From Heptranchias perlo (taxonomy: Eukaryota): 64,000 nucleotides of DNA. Under the pieces are notes generated by a model, which saw only the letters and a program-made list of their open reading frames with translations, searched no databases and had not been told where the DNA came from. The stretch is taken from positions 3,534,001 to 3,598,000 of the forward strand of contig NC_090346.1 of NCBI RefSeq assembly GCF_035084215.1, in the 5' to 3' direction. Positions within the stretch are counted from its first letter, which is position 1, and every line of letters starts with the position of its first letter. This document shows positions 52,401-63,069 of the stretch, piece after piece. The position numbers and the translations under genes were made by a program.

Positions 52401-55400
52401 CCACATCCCAATCTTGAGCCCTGTGCCCAGGGTAAAAATTACTTGCTTATAAGGTGCATTGCCAACTTAAACTGATGGTTTTGCTTGTTTTTTTTATAAA
52501 GTGCAGCTGGTGTGTGAGTTAATATGGTTCTTTTATTCAGAATATTAGACTATGAATAATAGATTCTTCTTGAAACCATTAATACTGAGGAACACTGTCC
52601 CCAGCACAGTAGAAGGGAGGTAAAATGTCATTAAGCATGTCATGAAAAAATATAGTATCAGCTGGACTTTGCCACAACTCTAGTGCTTCTGGACAGAGGA
52701 TTTGATTTCTGAGCAAATTATTGAAATTGATAATTTATTTCAGGGGCTGAGCTTCCATTTAACAAAGTTCTCTTAAAATAAGTGAAGTTCAATTTTTAAA
52801 AAAACAATGGGCTGGGGGGAAAAACATTGTATTTATTTGTGCTTTTACAATAGGTTGAGCGAGATGCTATATGAAAATAGTAGACTCAGGCATTAGGGTT
52901 ACATATGCTCTTAATGATATTCACTCATGTCGATGGTCTTTTAAAAGTTGCAGCACAGTTTTGTTAAAACTAGCTGATCTAGGGTGATATGGAGCATGAT
53001 TCTGATGTCACTGTAGTCCCATTTTGAGTTGGAGTAGAAGTGGGTGGGGAGGGCACGGAACAGAGTACTGAAAATCAGATGTTAAACCACTGTACTCGAG
53101 AAGTAGGGGCATACATACCTATTTAGTAGCATCAGAGACAAGGCAAAACGTGATTGTGGCTGTTCTGAGAGAAGTTTCTTTTTTCTTGATCTGATTTCCA
53201 AGCAGAAGGCTATATCTGGGAGGAAAGTTTTTGGTTTGTCCAGGAAGAAAATGGAGATGGTTCTTTAAAAAGCAATAGAATTTTTTCTAATGATTGACAG
53301 CAAGATCGGCGATTTGTAGAGTGTGCCATGACTTCCTGTACATAAGCCCCCATCCTTTCTGTCCAGTATTGTACAAGACTCAGTGGAAGATGTCAGCTAT
53401 AAGTTGCATCTGGGAGTTTTGGTGCATCAGAGTTACGTGCACAGTGACACTATTGAATTCTGTGAGTTGTAATCTATCAGTGTGACATACACAGAGTGAT
53501 ACTGGTGCATTTTCAGAATCTGCGACTCGATTGAGCATCTTTATTCAGGCAAGGTCCAGGTACACAATGGAAGTTGAGAAATTGAGAGGACAAAGCAGCC
53601 TGCTTGATTGGCACCCTCTCCACCACCCTAAATGTTCACTCCCTTCACCACCGGCGCACTGTGGCTGCAGTGTGTACCATCCACAGGATGCACTGCAGCA
53701 ACTCGCCAAGGCTTCTTCAACAGCACCTCCCAAACCCGCGACCTCTACCACCTAGAAGGACAAGGGCAGCAGGCACATGGGAACGACACCACTTGCATGT
53801 TCCCCTCCAAGTCACACACCATCCCGACTTGGAAATATATCGCCGTTCCTTCATTGACGCTTGGTCAAAATCCTGGAACTCCCTTCCTAACAGCACTGTG
53901 GGAGAACCTTCACCACACGGACTGCAGCGGTTCAAGAAGGCGGCTCACCACCACCTTCTCAAGGGGAGTTAGGGATGGGCAATAAATGCCGGCCTCGCCA
54001 GCGACGCCCACATCCTATGAACGAATAAAAAAAAATGCAGTTGAGCTTAAGTCTCAGGTTCCTGAGAAGACAGGCAGACCAGTTTGGGGAAAACTTCTTG
54101 GAGGCGTGTTTAACAAACAATCAGTGACCGAATGGGTGAGTTTAATGTTTTCCCCCCAAGAATTATTTAATTTAAATTTATTTATGTTATGTATATTCAG
54201 GTGGGTCAGAAATCAAGATGGCGATTGAAGCCATTGTACGTAAATAAATTGAGCATTGCAGTTGGTTCATTGTGTGGTCTCTACTGCTACCAGGTTGGGA
54301 CCTTTAGAAAAAAATTGAGTGATTGAATTGTGCAAGTACCTCATTCATGATTGATACGTTTCCTGAATGGTAGCTTTTCATACATGTCTGCATTTGAATG
54401 ACTCTGTTCGTGGATGTGATCAGGAAAGTGTGACGTGATTTTGTTTTTGTGGTATGGACATATTTAATATTCTGCACTATACATTGAATTTGTGATGTAT
54501 GTTATATGCAAATCTCTTAATTATATAGATAGATATGAAAGTTCATGTAGACCATATTGCATCAATATAGTTTTTCAGAAATCACACATTGAGCCTGTAT
54601 TTGAAGAGAATCTAAATTTATTTTGAACAAGAGATTTATGGAAATAATCTTGAGTTTATAAGATTAATGAGTAGTGCAGTATTCGAACACTGTCCTTTAG
54701 GAACCTGCATCTTATTTCAGCTTGGGAGAATAAATTGAATGTTTTTTCTTCACGGAGGCTATTCAAGCATATCGGCAATCTAAATTACCTCTGGCAAACA
54801 ATTTAAGTTAATTTATTGTGTCCCTTATTTTTATATTAACGTTATTGTTTAGAATGCTTAATAAATAACATCAGCTTTATTATTAAGTGAAGGCTGCTTT
54901 CACTCCTTGCAGGGGATTTATTCCACTGAGGATGCCATTATTCTTAATTTAGAACCAAACCAGATTTTTTATTTTATCAATCTCACTCAACAAATTCAAT
55001 ATACTACAGTATTGTCTCTCCCATAAACATGTGTAATCAAAATTTACTATCACTTCACAAGAAATCTGCATGTACATAATATTCTGGAAGATAAAAGATT
55101 GTGGAAATGTGACATTAGTGCTGGGGTAACTCTTGAGGGAACATGGCTACAATGCATTTCTAATGTGGACAATAATGGTATTTGAGGGTTAAATGCTATT
55201 GAAAGAATCCTTCGTGAATAAAGGTTACATTTTACATATGGTGATATCACATTGGCCCGTTAATTGCTCTGAGCGGTGAACCAGCAGTGGTTGCCACTCG
55301 TTAGATTTAAATTCACCCACTAAGTTACCGCGTTCTTTTTGGCGGCAGCTTCCTTGAACTGCGAGTTTAAATAAGATCAGCGTTCTTTCCCGGGCTGTGA

Positions 55401-58400
55401 GAGTGGTGAAAGGATCGCTAAGGCCCCTCAACCAATCAGCTTGAAGCAAACCATGCTGTGAGAACCAGGAAGTGCAGTTCATAGACAAACAGTGCAGACT
55501 AAAAACCCAGATGTGCCAGATAATGTATTATAAAATGACATAGAGAAAGCGAAATAAAGAGAGGATAAGATTAAAGGACTGAGATAAAAGAAAAAAAAAT
55601 TTTTTTAAACTTTTTTTAAATTTAATTTTTTTTTAAAATGTCCAAAAATTATTAAAATCAGGAGTAATGAGACTCCACATTTTTAAAAGTTAATTTTTTA
55701 GTGCCAGAGAGGTTGTTTTGCAGTCATTAAGACTTACCACGCTGTTAAAACCTATATTCGGCTTAAAAATCTGTTTTGTGGCAATATTAGTTAGTTTCCA
55801 GTTGAGCAGGAGAGCAAGTTGGTGCTGGTCCATTGATTCTATTGATTGCAGCCAGCGATATCCCTTTAAAGCGAAGCTGACAGATCGCCAGCGAACCAGG
55901 ATGAGCAAGTTCCGGATTTCCACGTTTGACTGCGCCTGTGAGGTCACCGGAACTTACTGTTTGATTTTGCCACTAATAACTGTTAGACTCACCGTTATTT
56001 TGAAAGCAATTTCTGGCCCAATGTCTTAAGTGGTCTGTACTGTGTGTTTTGTAATAATGAAAAATTAAAGATTGACTTGAACACCAATGGAGACATTCTT
56101 GTCCAAATTACAACATAATATTTTTTCCCCACCAACAACCAGGGTATCTTTTTGTGCCTAAGCTGCCTCAAAGACTGTGCCTAGTTGTAAAAACATCCCA
56201 CCAGGAAAATACCCCTTTAATTGGTTCTAACCCACCTTTAGCAGAATTTGTAGGTCAATAGCCAAGATTAAATTGAGAGGCCATGTGAATCACAGCAATT
56301 GCCTCTCAAAGAGTAGCAATGTTGTGGCTGTTGTTATAAAAAAGATGTATTCCACTTAGAAGAATGAAGGAGGAAGCCTCCGAAAGCTTGTGATTTTAAA
56401 TAAAGCTGTTGGACTATAACCTGGTGTTGTAAGACTCCTTACATTTGTCCACCCCAGTCCATCACCGGCATCTCCACATCAAGAATGAAGTTTGTTCAGT
56501 AGAAACCAGCAGCTTTAAGATTCCATGGAACTTGAATATATCTGCAGCATTGTTAGATAATTTGGAGTCTTTTTTGTGTGCTTGGATGGCAATATTTATT
56601 TGTTGGTTTCAGTAATTCCTTTGAATGTATGCTTTTTATGTAGTCCACAACCACTGAGGATGCAGGCTGTAACAACAGTAATCCAACCATTGAATTACAT
56701 CACTACTGTGACTTCTGTGCAACCCCAGGAGGATACAGGTACATCGTGTATATGATTATCCAACAATCCTAGCAACCTAGCTGGTACTATCTGTGCTAAA
56801 TTGTACCTTCAATCTGTAGATCTTAAAATTAATGCATAAAGAGGAAATGTATGATGGTGCTTGAAGCATTTTTGAAGACTGGTAACATTTTTAAGACATG
56901 CTCATTTGTGCAGGAGTTGTGAAGTGCCAGAATGCAAGCAAAGGAATGCTATGAGGGAAGAATGATCTGTTATGCTTATAGTTATATAAGTGTTATAAGA
57001 AATAGGAGCAGGAGTAGACCATATGGCCCCTCGAGCCTGCACCGCCATTGAATCAGATCATGGCTGATCTTCAACCTCAACTCCACTTTCCTGCCCGATC
57101 CCCTAGAGTCCAAAAATCTGTCTATCTCAGCCTTGAATATACTTAACGACTCAGCATCCACAGCCCTCAGGGGTAGAGAATTCAAAAAATTCACAACCCT
57201 CTGAGTGAAGGAATTCCTCCTCATCTCTGACCCCTTATCCTGCGACTATGCCCTTATAATTGTACCTTTCTGGGGCAAAAGTAGTATTTATTAAGTATAA
57301 TCTTAGTAGCAGCATTTGTAAGATATAGAGACGGTTGAAACAATTCCGAGAAAGACAGAAAAATGGTTCCAGGTTTTAGATCACTGAAACATTGGGATTA
57401 TAAGGAAGCTAAATCTATACTTGGGAGATAGTGAAATGAGCAAAATTTTTTAAGTAAGATTAATAAAGTGGAGTTTTGTGATCGGGATGGAGCACTATGG
57501 AAGATGAATGAGTTGAAGAAGTCTGAGGCTATTTGTAATCCTCTAAGTGCGACAGTTATTCCATTAAATTGTGCCTTTCCAAATGTAACATTGAGTTATC
57601 TCCTACTGATTGTAATGTAAAACTACTATTGCATACTACAAAACAATATTGATTCTCTCAGGATAACAATGTTACAGTATTAACTGTGTTTTAACACAAA
57701 CAAAGCTGTGCTCTTTAATACTGAAAGTACCGTGTGTTTTTCTACAGTCTTGCTGGATGCATCTTCAAATTACAGAGTTGATATTGAGCATCTTCTTTCC
57801 AGAAAATCATCTTGTATCAACTTGCTCTGTCAGACACTTTCACATGTCTGGGAATTCTTACAACTGGTAAGTAGGTAAGGATAAAGAGTTGTACTGTGTT
57901 AGAAATTATACTGCTCTCCTCTCAGCTCTGGAATCTGAATCGTGAACAGGAAAATAAATAAAAGATGTTATGGATGTCAAAGGAAATCTTCCTCTAGGAC
58001 AAGATAGCTTTGGTTTTATATCTAGGGGCAGTTAATAAACAATGGGTATTGGTTATCTTAACCTGCAGAAAGTGTCCCTTTTCCTCCAGAGGAGCTTTCA
58101 TGTGATCCAAGAAAGGAAAGATATTGAAACCAAATATAAATTAATTTTATCATGCATCTTGTAAAAGAAAGCTAAAATTGTTGACTTTCTTTGTCTTCTT
58201 CAGCCCTCGCAGACAACAGAGTTGCCGTACCAAGCCTTGACTAACTCGGTGCTTACAGCCCTACAGCTGTGTATTGGCACTGCTATTCCCACCACTTCAG
58301 CTGGTGTCAATATTAGCAGACATCTGGTTGGATGCATCAAAGTTCAGAGAGCAGGAATCGATGTTCTTGGTGCAATCACTCAGTGGGCAGGTATGAAACA

Positions 58401-61400
58401 AAACAAAGCAATAAGAAAGCATCAAAGTATTCTCTGTCTCTGATGTAACTGTATCTGACTGGTTCAAAACTTGTAGCAGCTCATACTTCCTCCAGATTAC
58501 ACCTTCCAGAACTTAACATATGGAGCTTGTGCCCTATCGACCAAGCAAAGCAGATGCACTGGCCTCTGGAGGCCTAAGGACTACCACATGTCTGTACGCT
58601 GAAGTCTTAATAGCAAAATGGTAGCTTAGCATGCAGGAAAATTACTATAAGTATTAAAGTGGATTTTTGTTTAGGTCAGTAATATTTATCCTTGAATAGT
58701 AAACATCTTCAGTGATTCAAATTTTTATACTGGTGCAGTTTAACAGTAGTTCTAGGTTAATATTCTATGGACTTCCCTGTTATTTATTAACTAAAGTGCC
58801 AGATGAAGTAAAATTTTACTTCGAAGGCTTAATGGTTTAAAATCTAGAATTTTCTCAGAAGTTATTGTTTAGTACGGGGTGAGTAGTACTGATATAAAAA
58901 TAGGGTATGTTTTATTTTTTCCCCTCCTGTCCTCAGATGCTAACTATTGTTTGCATATACTTCCATAGGTAATAGCAGCCCTCTGTTCAGGGTTTTTGAA
59001 CTTTGCCACTGTTGAATTATAAAAAATGTTTACACCTATAATATTGAGACTGGTTTAATTTTTGTTGAAATTAATTTCCTTTATAATTTTAGGGGGGATC
59101 AAGGATGTAGACAGTGCATTGAACCTTCTCCTTGATTATATCAGAAACCCAGATACAGACTGTACTGTGAGTACTATCTTTCTGCATTAAAATATATCTG
59201 TTCATAATATTTCAGTGCAGTACTCTGTTGTTAATGCACCTCATCCATGGTGGAAAAGCACTACATTAGTTGCATGCAGCTGTATGGCTGCAGAGGCAAC
59301 TGAACAGGATTCAGTTCAAAACTTCACATTCAATGTACTGCTCAAAGTATAATTTGTACCACTTACACTTGAATCAAGGATCATATGTAAAGGCTCTGAC
59401 AATTAATCAAATTTTTAACATTTAGGTTTTGAAGAAATCCCTCCAGGCTTTACTTCACTGGATGTTACATTGTACTGATGCTGCAGACTCTCATGTACTT
59501 GAACCCAAGTTACAAGAGTTTTTACATGGAGGTAGGAAACAGGAGTCTGCTGTCTGCTGAATCTATATTCCATGCAATATATATTTAATTTTTTTTTGTC
59601 GATCCTATCTAAGCTTTATTTCTAAATTTAATCAAAAGCAAACTCCAACATATATTTCCACACACTAAGCTTATGAGTCATATTTGTCGACCATGATTGT
59701 AATACTTATTATATGGGGGAACAGTATCCAGAGGAATGCCGGTTTTACACCCTGCCTGATAGTAATCGGGCGGGGTGTAAAACCAGCGATGCACCTGATC
59801 TCAACAGTTTCCTGATGGGCCGGTTAGGTTAAAATTGTTCCTATATGTGCAGTTTCATTTAAACACTAAACATAGTGCACACAAGATTAACTCCTACTTA
59901 ATACTCCTATTTACCTACACTTGGCCAGCTTTCAATGTTTTACAGTAAATGAATTTTAAAAAATCAGTAAATCTACAAAAGAAGGATGATGTAATTTCTT
60001 TCAATTGCATTCAGCTAAATTCTAAGTGATTTTTTTTGTACCCGGTTAAATGCCTTGTGTTTGTAAAATGGGACTAATGGGTTCCCCCTATGGCTTAGTG
60101 AGTAAATGCACTGTGTGTTACATCAAAACTACAGCACAGAAACAGGACATTCGGCCCAACTGGTCTATGGTGGCGTTTATGCTCCACACATGCCTCCTCC
60201 CCCCCCCCACTTCATCTAACTATATCAACATACCCTTCTATTCCTTTCTCCCTCATGTGCTTATCTAGCTTCCCCTTAAATGCATCTATGTTATTTGCCT
60301 CAACTCCTTGTGGTAGCGTGTTCCACATTCTCACCACTCTCTGGGTAAAGAGGTTTCTCCTGAATTCTCTATTGGATTTATTAGCAACTATTTTATATTT
60401 ATGACCTATAGTTTTGGACTCCCCCACAAATGCCAACATTTTTTCCACGTCTACTGTAGTTCTCTGGTTTAGTACTAAGCCATACAGAACAAGAATGTCC
60501 AAGATTTGATTCTTAGATTGTGTTGAATTAACTGATCTGAGCCTGGGCAGCATTTGAAATGCTAAAACTGACCCGTGTGTCCCTGGACTAGGCAAATGTA
60601 AGGAATCTTACAACACCAGGTTATAGTCCAACAATTTTATTTTAAAATCACAAGCTTTCGGAGATTATCCCCTTCGTCAGGTGAATCCTTACATTTGTCC
60701 ACCCCAGTCCATCACCGGCATCTCCACATCATCCCTGGACTAGGGTTCTTGTTCCTTATAGCTATACTGTGATCCGTGGTAGAAAGTGCATGTGTGGCCA
60801 TTGGGCCATTGGGTGAGGAGAGGACAAGGCTTGACTGTAATGGTCAAATAGCCTGGTGACACACATGAGGAATAGCTACTTGAATAAGGCATGGAAAGGC
60901 TCCTTGCACCTGGGGAATGGAATCCCAGCAACATTCAGCTTCAGAAGAGGTGAGGAGAAAATTGGATTAAAAAAATTAAGGATAGAAAAGAGACTGGTGT
61001 CTAAGCATGATTTTTAATACTACACACTAAGACGAAGCTTACATGAGTACATGGCTATGCTTTTATTATACCTCTCTGGAGAACTAGATTTATTTCCTTT
61101 GCAGTTTTCATAGTACACACAAGGGGCTATGTTCAAGTGCAGTGTTTTCAAATATAAGTGCAATTTACAAAACATATAGTAAGTCAGATTCCTTTTGCTC
61201 TCTTTCCTAATTAGCGGCAGTGTACTATATTTGCACAGTGATGTAGCTGCATCACCAATGTAATTTTGTTTTCTTTTGGGGGTGGGGGTGCAGCACCTGC
61301 CTGTCTTCAGTGTACCCTGGAACTCAGTAGACCCTCCAATTAGTCAGGCTTCGTGGGCAGGCCATTGCACCAGGTTTCCCAGCAATCGGAGTTCCAGGAA

Positions 61401-62836
61401 AATGAGGCAGCAGGCCAGGAATGCCTCCTACTTCTTCATTTGCATTCCTGCATTGGGCCTACACCTACTGCTGGCATAGGCACTCCTCTATACCTCCCCA
61501 TTCAGAAGCCCTAGAAATCCTGGGTAAACGTAAAGGTGGGGTGGAGACCTGATCTCTTTTTCCTGACTTTTCTGCCTGTGGAAATATGTATTTCCAGGGG
61601 ATACAATTCAGGAAAGTCATCCCCAATTTCTTTATCTGAATTCCTTTTAACATTGGGCTAGTTGGGTACGATATGTGCATATGTTTGTGCATCCTTAAAC
61701 ATTGGTTTGTGACATTAGATATGTAAAGAATTCATTACTGCAGAACTTGTTATATTAATAATGAAAATATTTTTGTGTGCTGACATAAACTGTAAAAATA
61801 TTCCTATTTGCAGTCTTGTATATAGTACATGGGAAGAGAAGTGGACAGTGCAATTTTGCCTTTCTGCAAATAAGCAATTGCCCCAGCTCCTGCAAACCTT
61901 TCTTGGCACGATTAGACTTTAACCAAAGACAGAAGTGACAACTTTATCAGACACTTTTAAAAATGTTCATAGTGAGAGTTGTATTGTTTTAGTTCTAACT
62001 TCAGCCCTTGTGCTAAATTTGCCTTATATCAAAAATATTCAATTACTTAGCATTGTCATAGTTTGTTCAATAGACATGGGGGGGGGGGTAAATTTAACCC
62101 CCTAGGACGGGTTGGGGGAGATTAAAATCTTAAAAATGTGAAACCCGAACCCAACCTGCCACAAACGCACCTACTTCCTACTTCCGGTTTAACCGGGGCG
62201 AGTAACCTGTTCTTGAGAGGGGGGTCAGTAATTTAAACATGTTAATGAGGCTGTGTGCCTCAGATTTTAGCAGCCATTTAGATTTAATGGCTGTTAATCC
62301 CAGGGCTCGGGAAACCCGACAGCTATAGGGAGGTGAGAATGCCGGATCCAGCAGGTAGGTGCTTTTCCAGCACTGCTTGTGGGCCAGGAGGAGCAGGAGT
62401 GCTCTTCCCCCCACCAAGTCCCTCAAGCTACCACCGTGATCTCTGCCCCCCCCACCCTGTGATCAACCACCCACCACCTCCCCCTGGATCTCCAGGCTGA
62501 CCCGCCATCCCCTCTGATCTGATGCTGATCCACGATCTCTTTTCTCCCACCCCCACTCCCCCCAAACAGTCTTTTTATTGCGGTACGGCAACACTGCCTT
62601 GTATTTGGGTATAGAGCTGACACTGTAGTCTTCAGAAAGTCCAGCTGGATTAGATTGAAATTGGTATGGTTTGTATTAGGTTCATATATCCGGATGAATC
62701 TGGAATTAATGCTGATCTCTGTTCCTATAATCCTCAGACTTCATATCAGTAATGAAGAAGAGACTGTTTGATGTTCATTGGGAGATTCGAGACTCCACGC
62801 TTGAGTTCCTTGGCCATCTGTGCTTTCAGTTTAAAG
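46287..62836 (+). CDS. BRAT1: BRCA1-associated ATM activator 1; span of 11 visible coding exons, 3'-incomplete
   Basis: N-terminus [34 protein letters not shown] and later WEIRDSTLEFL match BRAT1; all exons GT-AG and phase-consistent. Confidence 0.95.
47060..47445 (+). mobile_element. tRNA-derived SINE, decayed, near full length
   Basis: ctgagccata..ctgtgctgagtcagctgatcacagc..gctacaattggcctca; related copies at 5557, 21610, 34880, 60080. Confidence 0.65.
47572..47726 (+). CDS. BRAT1: BRAT1 coding exon 2
   Basis: EPELYILQKNPCLTNIIVNVTKQRDLNPSILSFIMRLTGLFAASEEYFHKLE. Confidence 0.94.
47912..48096. mobile_element. Decayed inverted Penelope-like terminal-repeat element (second family)
   Basis: agaaaatgctggaaat at left versus atttgcagcattttct at right; degenerate hammerhead-like remnant ..gggtttgcacc..aaacgttgac. 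Confidence 0.5.
48699..48846 (+). CDS. BRAT1: BRAT1 coding exon 3
   Basis: GDGIMSSLFGNPANLGTEAWEEATVRCGWLLGIQNMLQHEAVIQFLCKY. Confidence 0.94.
49798..49836 (-). ncRNA. Minimal type I hammerhead ribozyme motif
   Basis: UUCAC-CUGAGGA-A-GGAGG uag CCUCC-GAAA-GCUU-GUGAA on the minus strand. Confidence 0.8.
50210..50248 (+). ncRNA. Minimal type I hammerhead ribozyme motif, predicted cleavage after 50243
   Basis: Stem I UUCAC/GUGAA, core CUGAGGA, stem II GGAGG/CCUCC, GAAA, self-complementary AAGCUU in place of stem III, CUU cleavage triplet. Confidence 0.8.
50524..50944 (+). CDS. BRAT1: BRAT1 coding exon 4
   Basis: DCIDRIIQLQKDPSIFVASTASQLLANMF...PLAELFLNVSR. Confidence 0.94.
52105..52224 (+). 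CDS. BRAT1: BRAT1 coding exon 5
   Basis: TVPCEVLESKIWELLGRLLRSLNQTEALTLASGILKLQNC; phase 2/2. Confidence 0.9.
53587..54035 (+). mobile_element. 3' fragment of the young LINE family
   Basis: ORF 53604-53972 almost identical to the C-terminus of the 25133 ORF; AATAAA 53981-53986 and poly(A). Confidence 0.93.
55251..56022. mobile_element. ~770-bp MITE-like element with imperfect terminal inverted repeats
   Basis: attggcccgttaattgct at left versus agcaatttctggcccaat at right; CpG-richer arms around an A/T-rich centre. Confidence 0.6.
56366..56480 (+). mobile_element. Short Penelope-like insertion truncated inside the hammerhead core
   Basis: 10-bp direct repeat aagaatgaag at 56360-56369 and 56481-56490; keeps GGAGG aag CCTCC GAAA GCTT GTGA but lacks CTGA; same tail ccccagtccatcaccggcatctccacatc. 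Confidence 0.85.
56644..56738 (+). CDS. BRAT1: BRAT1 coding exon 6
   Basis: PQPLRMQAVTTVIQPLNYITTVTSVQPQEDT; phase 2/1. Confidence 0.88.
56990..57260 (-). mobile_element. CR1 3' fragment
   Basis: ORF 56982-57224 MRRNSFTQRVVNFLNSLP..FKAEIDRFL. Confidence 0.85.
57748..57866 (+). CDS. BRAT1: BRAT1 coding exon 7
   Basis: VLLDASSNYRVDIEHLLSRKSSCINLLCQTLSHVWEFLQL. Confidence 0.93.
58204..58390 (+). CDS. BRAT1: BRAT1 coding exon 8
   Basis: PSQTTELPYQALTNSVLTALQLCIG..HLVGCIKVQRAGIDVLGAITQWA. Confidence 0.93.
59093..59166 (+). CDS. BRAT1: BRAT1 coding exon 9
   Basis: GGIKDVDSALNLLLDYIRNPDTDCT; phase 1/0. Confidence 0.9.
59426..59531 (+). CDS. BRAT1: BRAT1 coding exon 10
   Basis: VLKKSLQALLHWMLHCTDAADSHVLEPKLQEFLHG; phase 0/1. 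Confidence 0.9.
59741..59784. repeat. 20-bp hairpin with 4-nt loop, probably the core of a small decayed MITE
   Basis: ggttttacaccctgcctgat-agta-atcgggcggggtgtaaaacc; two G.T mismatches. Confidence 0.75.
60125..60452 (-). mobile_element. CR1 3' fragment nested in the SINE
   Basis: ORF 60212-60595 C-terminal part FRRNLFTQRVVRMWNTLP..FKGKLDKHM. Confidence 0.85.
60593..60731. mobile_element. Short Penelope-like insertion with inverted 5' segment and intact hammerhead motif
   Basis: 13-bp direct repeat tccctggactagg at 60580-60592 and 60732-60744; 60593-60685 is inverted relative to the plus-strand tail 60686-60731. Confidence 0.88.
60648..60684 (-). ncRNA. Minimal type I hammerhead ribozyme motif (variant)
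   Basis: UCAC-CUGACGA-A-GGGGA uaa UCUCC-GAAA-GCUU-GUGA on the minus strand. Confidence 0.8.
62738..62836 (+). CDS. BRAT1: BRAT1 coding exon 11
   Basis: DFISVMKKRLFDVHWEIRDSTLEFLGHLCFQFK; phase 1/1. Confidence 0.94.
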
Positions 62837-63069
62837 GTATAAACAGTTTCACTAATGGGGTATATTTTCAGACTGGAGCAACATAAACCCAATAATCGTG
62901 CTCAACAAATAAATGGTAGAGCAGCCAGTTAGCATAGCAGGCAAGTCCTAGCAGATGGTTAATGACCGATTGCAACTTGCATGACTAAGCAGGTCCACTT
63001 GGTGAGATCCTTACAGAATTGAAATCTGTCTCCTAACTCCTCATCTCATTTTGCTGTAAGCAAACCTAC

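Larger units (their letters stand above)
60080..60965 (+). mobile_element. tRNA-derived SINE split by two later insertions
   Basis: Head tggcttagtgagtaaatgcactgtgtg at ~60090; resumes at ~60455 and again at 60732. Confidence 0.6.

Noticed and set aside
19053-62836. Minor-spliceosome or non-canonical introns in EIF3B or BRAT1
   Set aside because: Every junction I traced is GT-AG and none has the GTATCCTT U12 donor.
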